The translations under genes and the position numbers were made by a program. A stretch of DNA of 64,000 nucleotides from Rhynchopus sp. YZ270_cl-10. Lineage: Eukaryota. The DNA lies in contig OZ037837.1 in assembly GCA_964035575.1 (NCBI GenBank), positions 1,364,001-1,428,000 of the forward strand, written 5' to 3'. The notes under the pieces are model-generated. The model saw nothing but the letters and a program-made list of their open reading frames with translations, did no database searches and was not told where the DNA came from. Below are positions 55,894-64,000 of the stretch, piece by piece; within the stretch, counting starts at the first letter, position 1; every line of letters starts with the position of its first letter.

Positions 55894-56672
55894 TTTGTTG
55901 TTTTTGCTTTTTACCTCGTAGCGCTTTTCGTGCATTGTTTGTTTTTTGTTGTGTGTTAAGTCACATCGTGGTAGTAGTGCGACTCGGGTCGACTACGGGA
56001 GTTGGGCAGTGTGCAGGAGCGATCCGACACGCAACTCTTGATGTGCCTCATCGGTAGTAGTGCAACTGTGGTTCGACTACGCGAGATGATGATGGCAGTG
56101 GGCCTCGTGCTTGACACTCCATTCTCGCCGATGTGTACCTGCCTCCTTAAAAGCCAAAGGGGGTGTAGTGCGTCACGGGTACGACTACAATAGGTTGTGG
56201 AAATCTGCAGAGTAGGGTTTACTATCTGGCAGGCAACCTTACGGTGGCATACTTTAGCTGTATGTCAAGCAATCTTCAGTTTCTTTTTCTTCTTTGTTGC
56301 ATGGGTCTGTTTTTTCATTAAAAAAGCTGCAACGGGAGCAATCTGGTTCAGGTCAATGTTTTATATCATCTAACTTTTGTTTCTACCCATGTGACCCCGG
56401 AGTGTCTTTTAACTCGTGTGTTATGTCGCCAGTGCGTGTGCGGGCAGCTGACGCGCAATTTTTTCTGTTAGGACCGGGCGCATGGGTTAGCGTATTATTG
56501 TCATGCTTTTAGCTTTGTATATTTTCCTGCGCGCTGTTTTTGCCGCCAATGTGTGGGTCAACTGCGAGAAGTTGTTGATTATGTGCGGGCACAGCCGACA
56601 CTCAACTTTGTTAGGACTGCGCGCAGGGTTTTTTAGCGTATTATTGTCTCGCTCGTAGCGTTATATATAGCG

Positions 56673-58570
56673 ATATATCAGCCAAAATCTGCTTAGCCGT
56701 ATACTTCTGGGCCTCGTTCACTTAATAAACCACAGATGCAAATTTTTGAGCCTACGACCCCGCATTTAACTCATTTCGATCCCCTGATTTCAATCCCAAA
56801 ATAATTTCAAAAAAATAAAAAAAAAATTATTTTCTGAAATGACGTCGGCAGTTTTTTCACTTTTGCTCTCCGCCGCCTCAGGTGAGAACTTATTTTCCAA
56901 ACACCCCGAAAATGGGCGTATATGGATTTCCGAGCCCCCCGCGTTTCATAGAAAAAAAAATCGACCATTTTAGGGGTGGCATCAAAACAAAAAACGCGGA
57001 CAATGTCCGCGTTTTTGGGGGGGGAGGGGGGGGGGTCTGAAATTCCAGAAAACGCGGACATTTTGGGGGGTTTTTTTCCTCGAAAATTTTTTTCTTCACT
57101 GGGGTCGTACACGATTTTGACCAAAATTTATAAAAACTCGTCCATTTCGGCAAATTGACCCCACCACAGAACCGGCGGATTCAGGAAATGCAAATGTCGG
57201 TGTTTTCGGGCAAAATAAAAAATACAAGATGCCCGCGTTTTTTTGCAAAATGTACACGAATGGGGGGCCCTTAAACCCCTGCTACCATGTGCTTCTACAG
57301 GCAAACACTTGGACCCCTTTACCTTACACTATAATACACTGACGGGTTTTGACCAAAATCAAGAACTTGTCCATTTTGGCAAATTGACCCCACCACAGAA
57401 CGGACGGATTCCGGAAATGCAAATGCCGGTGTTTTTGCACATTTTCATGGTTTCAGCATCAGAGAGAGAAAATCTGGGTTGTGGGATTTACCTTGGCCCC
57501 TTTACCTTACACTCATTTTGACCAAAACCAAGAACTTGGCCATTTCGGCAAATTGACCCCACCACAGCGCGGACAGATCCCGGAAATGCCAATCGCGGCA
57601 TGTTTTGGGGCTGAAAAATTTTCACCTGAAAATTTTTTTCAGCAGCATTTTTTGGCCGAAAATGGGCCCCACGTATTAGTGACCGGGCTCATATTTTCAA
57701 AAATTTAAGTGGTCAAAAAATTGTCCAATTTTCGAGATTGACCCCACCACTTTCTGGACGGATTCCGGAAATGCCAAAAAACTGTGTTTTGGGTCACGAA
57801 TTTGCACCCCGTCACCCAAAAACCAGCAAAAAATAGGGGGAAAAAAAACAAAAAATGTCCGCGTTTTGGGGGGGGGGGGAGGGGGGGGTCTGAAATTCCC
57901 CAAAAACGCGGACATTGTCCGCGTTTTTTGTTTTGATGCCACCCCTTAGTGGAGTAGAAGTCAAAAAAAAGTGGCTCCAATGCTTTGTGCATGTAATACA
58001 GGGGATTTTCAGTGCAGAAAGAGTGGTCGGCTCCACCAAAAGTTGCGTACCGTGGAGTGTGTTTCCAGTTGACAAAAATGGTCGCAATTGAAAGATTTGT
58101 CAAAAATAAATCCAAAGAAAAAAAAATCGACAACTTTTGACAAAAAAAATCTAATTTAGAGACATCACTGTGTTGGACTCAAAGAGGCGATTTCCTCACC
58201 GTACAAAGTACACTGTATAGTACCCAGTACATAGTACCCATTCTCCCGCCGCCCACTCGCTCGCCCCAGATGCATATTTTTGACCGTCCGACCCCGGAAT
58301 TGAACGTTTTCGCACCCTATCTTTCCAAGAATATTTTTTTTCAGAATGTGCCCGGGCCATAAAATCGATAAAATCCACCTGTCCACGGTCAAGTACGTTT
58401 GAGAGGCCGGGGGTGTAATATTTTCACCCGAAAAGGCGCGTATATGAATTTCCGGATCGATCTGAAAAAATTCCGGGGTCGCAACATTTTTTTGGCGGAT
58501 TATTTATCACTTTAAAGTGGCTCCAAAAACAGGCCTTTATATACGGCTAAGCAGATTTTGGCTGATATAT
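56673..58570. mobile_element. Non-autonomous TIR element (possibly Tc1/mariner-type, TA-rich target)
   Basis: Perfect 31-bp inverted repeat ATATATCAGCCAAAATCTGCTTAGCCGTATA (56673-56703) and its reverse complement at 58540-58570. The TIR/TSD boundary is ambiguous. Confidence 0.8.
56973..57945. mobile_element. Nested PIF/Harbinger-like MITE
   Basis: ~47-bp perfect TIR starting GGGGTGGCATCAAAACAAAAAACGCGGACAATGTCCGCG, with TTA on both sides (56970-72, 57946-48). Four internal repeats containing ATTGACCCCACCAC. Confidence 0.8.
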
Positions 58571-59233
58571 GTTTTGGCGTTCTAAGGGTTAAAAAAATAC
58601 CCAGTTATGCAGCGTTTTCAGGCTCGGTTATCGTGCTAAATCGTGTGTCATCGTGCGTCATCGTGTGTTATCGTGCGTCATCGCTCTGGTGCATTTTTTA
58701 AGGGGGCAATTGGGGGGTTTCGCAGCCAATCACCCTGCACCTTTCTCAGCTTGTCTCGTCGATGACGCACGACGACAACACGACAGACTTCAACCATGAC
58801 GATCCTATTTTCCGGGGTTTTTCGGCTGGGGACCGGTTTTTTCCCCGCCCTTTTCGCGTCTTTTTTGTGTGACTTGTATGCCCTTTTTCCGGTAACCCTC
58901 TCACGGAGACGAGAGGGAGGTCGATGTCGCCATACGTCGGGGCGCCACGGTCTCACCACACAAAGTATTATTTTCGGGCTCCTCTGAGCCGCTGTGGACA
59001 CCAAACGCAGTGGAGAAGGCGGGGAAAAAATCGAGTTCGCCCGAATCTGGGGACGGGGACGCATTTAGAGAAAGGCATGTGAACACGATTTCACTTTATT
59101 TTAATCAGTGGTTGTTTCACGGGGTTGCACCACTAGGGCTGGGAGGGGGATGGTGGAATCCGTGCGCACATGTTGGAGGAAAAGTTACTTGTGTCTCTTT
59201 GTATCAAAGTTTAGTGTTGCATTGAAGCATCCA

Positions 59234-59340
59234 CACCATAGTACCATAGTACCATAGTACCATAGTACCATAGTACCATAGTACCATAGTACCATAGTAC
59301 CATAGTACCATAGTACCATAGTACCATAGTACCATAGTAC
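59234..59340. repeat. (ACCATAGT)n satellite, ~13 units
   Basis: Perfect 8-bp tandem repeat. Confidence 0.97.
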
Positions 59341-59593
59341 ATGACAAGGTCGTTGTGTATGAAGTGTGGGACATAAAAACGTCTACGTGGGGACGGTACG
59401 TGGCCAATAGCTCACCTGTCACATCAGCAGCGATGCGACGTACGATTCTGTAACGAAGGAGCACTTTGATTGCGTGATTACGCTGGCCAGCAACAGGCGG
59501 ACGCAGGACAGGATCCGAGCGTTCTGCTTGCAGGACAAAGAGCTGCGCGAGGAGTTCGACACAGCGCCAACGTAGGGCGTTGACCTCTTCCTT

Positions 59594-59758
59594 ACACAGT
59601 ACACAGTACACAGTACACAGTACACAGTACACAGTACACAGTACACAGTACACAGTACACAGTACACAGTACACAGTACACAGTACACAGTACACAGTAC
59701 ACAGTACACAGTACACAGTACACAGTACACAGTACACAGTACACAGTACACAGTACAC
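59594..59758. repeat. (ACACAGT)n satellite, ~23 units (reverse complement of the 43472 array)
   Basis: Perfect 7-bp tandem repeat. Confidence 0.97.
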
Positions 59759-60579
59759 AAACCACCACTAAAAAAACAAAAAAAGTGAAATCGTGTTGTC
59801 ATCGTGCGTCATCGTGCACAATCATGTGTCATCGCCCCCTACCCCGTAGCCCAGGAAACGCTGCACAGTTTGGACAAAAACTCAGGACCAAGTGTAAAAA
59901 AAGAGAGAGTTTTTGAAGTAAGGAAAGAAAACCTCCCTTTCTATTGTGCACTCACCTCATTTCTGCACTTCAGGCTAAGGGCTTTTTCCTTTTTGGCATC
60001 CATTTCTGGACGTTTTTGGGGGTAGAAATAGCGTATTACGTGGGTAGCGCACCAACTAAAACAAAAGATGAACGGGGTTTTTACTACTTCTTTAGAGTTT
60101 GCACCCCTCTTATCTGTGACAGAAAATGTACGTACTATCTACGTATTATCACCTGCGCCGGCTTGGGTACGTCCATCTCACAAGCTTTCTTTGGTATAGT
60201 GTGGTAGTGGTGTTCAATATTTCAATGTGGGACGTTTTGCGACGGCAGTCACGTGGGCTAGTCACAGCTTGGTCGGGGCCAATTAGGAGCCAAATGCCCT
60301 TATCACCTCACCATCCACTGTGTTTAGAGGAGCTCTGTGCATTTGCTCACATCACACAGCATTGCCTAATGTATTAGCGCTTGCGCGGCAAGATGCGTAT
60401 TCGCCTCTGCTAGAACTGCTTCAGCATGCCTACGCCTGCTTGGACTCTCTCCCGTTTTTTCTCTTTGTCCTTGCAAAGAAAGAAGCGCCCTGTCTTGACC
60501 TTCAGGACAACACAACATCTCTGTCAGCTCCCATCCCACCCCCTTTGGTTCATCCAAGCTCACAGCGATACACAACACA

Positions 60580-61722
60580 ATGGATGTGACGGTGCAGTTC
60601 GATGTGACAGGCGCCACGGTGACTGTGGAGGTGTCATGCGAGGCGCGGGTGCACGAAGTGGTGGCTGCTGCGTGCACGGCGTTGGGCATCCCTGGAAGTG
60701 CTGTGGAGCTGTGTGTCGAGGGGACAGCCCTGGAGCGCACGACACGCCTGCAGGACTCTTCGTATGCAGGAGGGCTGCTTCTTCTTCGACGTCTACGTAA
60801 CACAAACATCCGCGTTGCCTCACACGACTACAGTGACAGCCTCTGTGGGCTTGCGCTGTCACCCTGCGGCCAGCACTGCGCGCTGCTCACACGAGACGGA
60901 TCACTCAGAATTTTTAACACCGGCGACTGGTGCGAACTCACTCACACCCAGCTTGCACCGCTGCCCAAGGATGTGCCCCTCGCCTTCTCACGCTGCGGGC
61001 TCTCTCTTTTCACCGGCAGCAAAGACATCGTGCACATTGACGTCCCCACAGGCAACATCGTGACACGCACTGCATTGGTTCTCCCTCCCTTGGAGTGGCT
61101 GTGCACCACCGAAAGCTACGTGGTACACCTAGAGGGGGGGGCCATGCAGGTGCGTGACGTGGCAGATGTGCAGCACTGCGTGCGCGAGGTGCGTACGGAC
61201 CTTGAGGGGACGTCGTTCCGCTGTGTCGCTGTGTCCGCAGCAAACGATCACGCTGTTACTTCTGATGCTGCAGCCACCACCGTCTGTGTATGGGATCTGC
61301 ACACAGGAGCAGAGGTGTGGAAGCTCTCTGTCGAGGCATTCCGTGTAGCGATGTCGCCCTGCGCGCAGTACATTGCCGTCGAGAGCCATGGGACAGAGGA
61401 GGTGCGTGTACACCGTGTGGGACGTGACGAAGCGGTGCTTGGGGACGTGGGTGGCGGGCTGCACGCATGCTCGTTTACGCCGTGTGGGGGGTACCTGCTC
61501 CTGGAGAAAGACGATGACACCGCAGTGCGCAACGTGCTGCGCCAGGTCAGACTTGATACAGGAGAGTGTGTTGCGCTGATTGGAGACTTCTTTGCACGCT
61601 TCACCGTCACACCCTGTTCGCGGATCGTTCTGTACGAGTGCAACGTCTCCAACAAGATAGTTGCCGAAGCCCTACACCCATACATAGAGTGCGTCTCTGA
61701 TGACGGTCTCGTGGTTGCATGA
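60580..61722 (+). CDS. Divergent UBL-WD40-like protein (copy 9)
   Basis: MDVTVQFDVTGATVTVEVSCEA..ACTALG..RLQD UBL. Shares LSPCG, VWDLHTG, FTPCG, PCSR and LHPY motifs with the family. Confidence 0.8.
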   Translation: MDVTVQFDVTGATVTVEVSCEARVHEVVAAACTALGIPGSAVELCVEGTALERTTRLQDSSYAGGLLLLRRLRNTNIRVASHDYSDSLCGLALSPCGQHCALLTRDGSLRIFNTGDWCELTHTQLAPLPKDVPLAFSRCGLSLFTGSKDIVHIDVPTGNIVTRTALVLPPLEWLCTTESYVVHLEGGAMQVRDVADVQHCVREVRTDLEGTSFRCVAVSAANDHAVTSDAAATTVCVWDLHTGAEVWKLSVEAFRVAMSPCAQYIAVESHGTEEVRVHRVGRDEAVLGDVGGGLHACSFTPCGGYLLLEKDDDTAVRNVLRQVRLDTGECVALIGDFFARFTVTPCSRIVLYECNVSNKIVAEALHPYIECVSDDGLVVA

Positions 61723-64000
61723 GGCATGGTGAAGTGTGTGAGAGGGGATGGGGGGTGGGGGGTGGGGGGTGGGGGGTGGGGGGATGGGGTATAACGTCTG
61801 CACGAGGGTGAAGTGAATGAATTGACTTGTAGTTGTTCAATGTTGTAAGCCAACGGTGAAATCAGAAGTAAAAACCGCAAGTCAAGTCATTTGCTTCACC
61901 GCAGTGTGCTCAAAGGATTTGAGAGATATTTGGTTTGTACACGCCACGTCCAACCCCCTTTGCATGAGCTCGACTGAGATGCGTTTGAGCACGTTTCAAC
62001 TACTCTTTTTTTCGGACAGTGTTACTGTATTTCTTAGAGGTGGTTGTCGGGTGGAACAAAAACCACAACAGATTTGCGGAGCGAACGAAGCCTTCGTTTT
62101 TCTTTTGATGATATTTCTTGAGGTGAGGAAGCGGCTCAATGGTTTTCAATATCTCCCCCATTTTTTTTTTCGGTGACATGACACTTGTGACATATCGTAG
62201 GAAATCTTTTAGTATGCGCGAAGACGATTCTTGTGCTCCTCATTCTCCCCCACACTATGTCAATACAACAGGTTAGACCGTTTGGTCTGGGAGGGTTTGG
62301 GGTTTCTTCTTTCTCTCAGTTCAATCTTGAACAATTTCGAGAGGAGTTTTATTTATTTTTCAAAAAAAAAAAAAAAAAAAAAAGTTTAGAAGGGAGTAGG
62401 TTTCATCGTCAGAAGAACCCACCCTATTCAAACCCAAACCTTTGTATTGTAGTGTGATCTGGGGTGAGGAAGCGTTCCAACTTTTCAACCTCTTCCCCAA
62501 TTTACCTTTCACGCCTTTTTTACCCTCCCCCGTTTTAGAATCAACAGAGAGTGTACGTTAAGATTTTCCCCCTATCTTTTGAGATTTTTCATCCCCCTCT
62601 CCCTCTCCCGTTTTTCAGAATCAACAACGTGTGTCCGTTACTCCCCCCACAAAAGGCTCTGGACAAAGACATAGAGCCTTTATCAGAGGGGTGAGCAATT
62701 TGCGGAATAAGTGACAAGATTTTGTCTTTCGTATTCACTTACCAACGTATGAAGTTACGTTCTATTTTTGTTTTGTTATTTTTTTTGTTTTGCGCTGAAG
62801 CCACCGGTCCAACCACGGACCACCCTCTATCCCATGAATGCTTCGTGCGTGAACCACTTTCCCTACTATTTTCAGTTGGCATTCTAGTTTCACCCTTTGT
62901 GCATATGCCGCTTTTGTACGAATATGCAATACACCAGGACATACCATTACGCGATTCTTCGGACGTTGTGCGTCTTACCCTTTCCCCTTTTCCTCTTTTC
63001 CTCCCCCGTGTTTCACCTCTCCACGGTGCTCTTTGGGAATTGAGTTTTCGGGAATTTTTCGGGTCTTTTGTGATTTGAAAAGTGATGTGACGTAGACACA
63101 ATCTTGTCTGAGGATGCTGGCTACATAGAGAATAAGAAGAGAAAAACAAATTTAAACGCGTTCTTGGAGCTTTCGGATAGCTTTCTTTGGAACTCGGTCA
63201 ACGACTGTCAATATGGGAGCGTCCGCGAAAGACCCCCCCCCCCCCCCTAAAGCTAACATCCATGCTTATTGGTATTTCACTAATTAAAATTTTGGTATTT
63301 TATAAGATTTTTTTTTACAATGAACTCAGAGTTAAGTTTCTGAGTTCATTAAAAAAAAATCGGTGAAAAATTCCGAGTAGGTATTAATTTAGATAGGAAA
63401 AGCTATGTCAGCAGCTATGTGTCCCCTTATTTTACCTGTAAATACTAAGGATATAGGAAGGAATTCACTAATATCTGTCTCTAAACCCATTATCAAAAAG
63501 GGGGGGAGGAAAGGGGGGTGGAGGCTTGTCGCCCCCTCCGAACACTCTAAATAGAGCGCGAAAGAGCTTCACGCTCCGGGTCGTCTGCGGCGATGTCGAC
63601 TTTCTCGCAGAAAACCCCCTTTTTTGAGTGACCCTATTGACCTCCGTGATGAGTCTCTCCAAGAGTTGCAGACAATTGTCCGCCTGTTCCTCCTCTTCCT
63701 CCTCCGTCTCGCTGTCACTGTCCTGAGGGTGTCGCTGATGCAACTACAGGAGTAGTAAACGGCGGACACCCCTTTTCTCCTGGTGGTTGTCTTCTGCATA
63801 TGGAGGGACATATGCTTCGAGCTACACACCTCGCGCATCCAGCTCCTCGCGCCCCACCCTTTGCCCCCCTGCCAGTGGACCCCTGCATACACCTGCAGCT
63901 CGGCGAAGTTTTTTAGGCCTCGGAAAGGCCGGGTTTTCAGCTCCTGAGCGAATGCTTTGGCTGGTGATTACATTTCCCCCTGTTGTGTTGTTCTATGGGT

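Noticed and set aside
55974..56188. CRISPR-like repeat-spacer pattern
   Set aside because: Only three divergent repeats, long unequal spacers, no cas genes and a eukaryotic context.
63468..63892. Acidic minus-strand ORF near the window end
   Set aside because: Short, low complexity and no recognisable domain; cannot be supported from this window.

Overview
Eukaryotic protist DNA, probably a euglenozoan such as a diplonemid. The 18S fragment carries the GTGCCAGCACCCGCGG variant and the genes have GT-AG cis-introns; the taxon is inferred. The window is a fast-evolving, repeat-rich region with all genes on the + strand. It holds two expanded families that pair a conserved ubiquitin-like (UBL) domain with a variable repeat domain: nine UBL-WD40 copies and six UBL-LRR copies, four of the latter with N-terminal B-box/coiled-coil modules. 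It also holds a 3-exon DNA topoisomerase II gene, a LamG-repeat membrane protein gene, gene fragments (SAC/FIG4 phosphatase, 18S rRNA), several nested non-autonomous DNA transposons and GTAC-core satellites. The highlight is an apparently full-length 7.4-kb non-LTR retrotransposon (20378-27751, 19-bp target-site duplication) inserted in a UBL-LRR gene. It starts with an HDV-like ribozyme. Its AUG-less ORF1 begins with a ubiquitin-like moiety ending in LRGG. ORF2 overlaps ORF1 in the -1 frame across four tandem slippery heptamers and encodes an OTU protease, APE endonuclease, RT, zinc finger and a catalytically degenerate RNase H. This suggests a LINE carrying its own ubiquitin-fusion/deubiquitinase processing system. 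All domain calls were made by eye from motifs; no searches were run.
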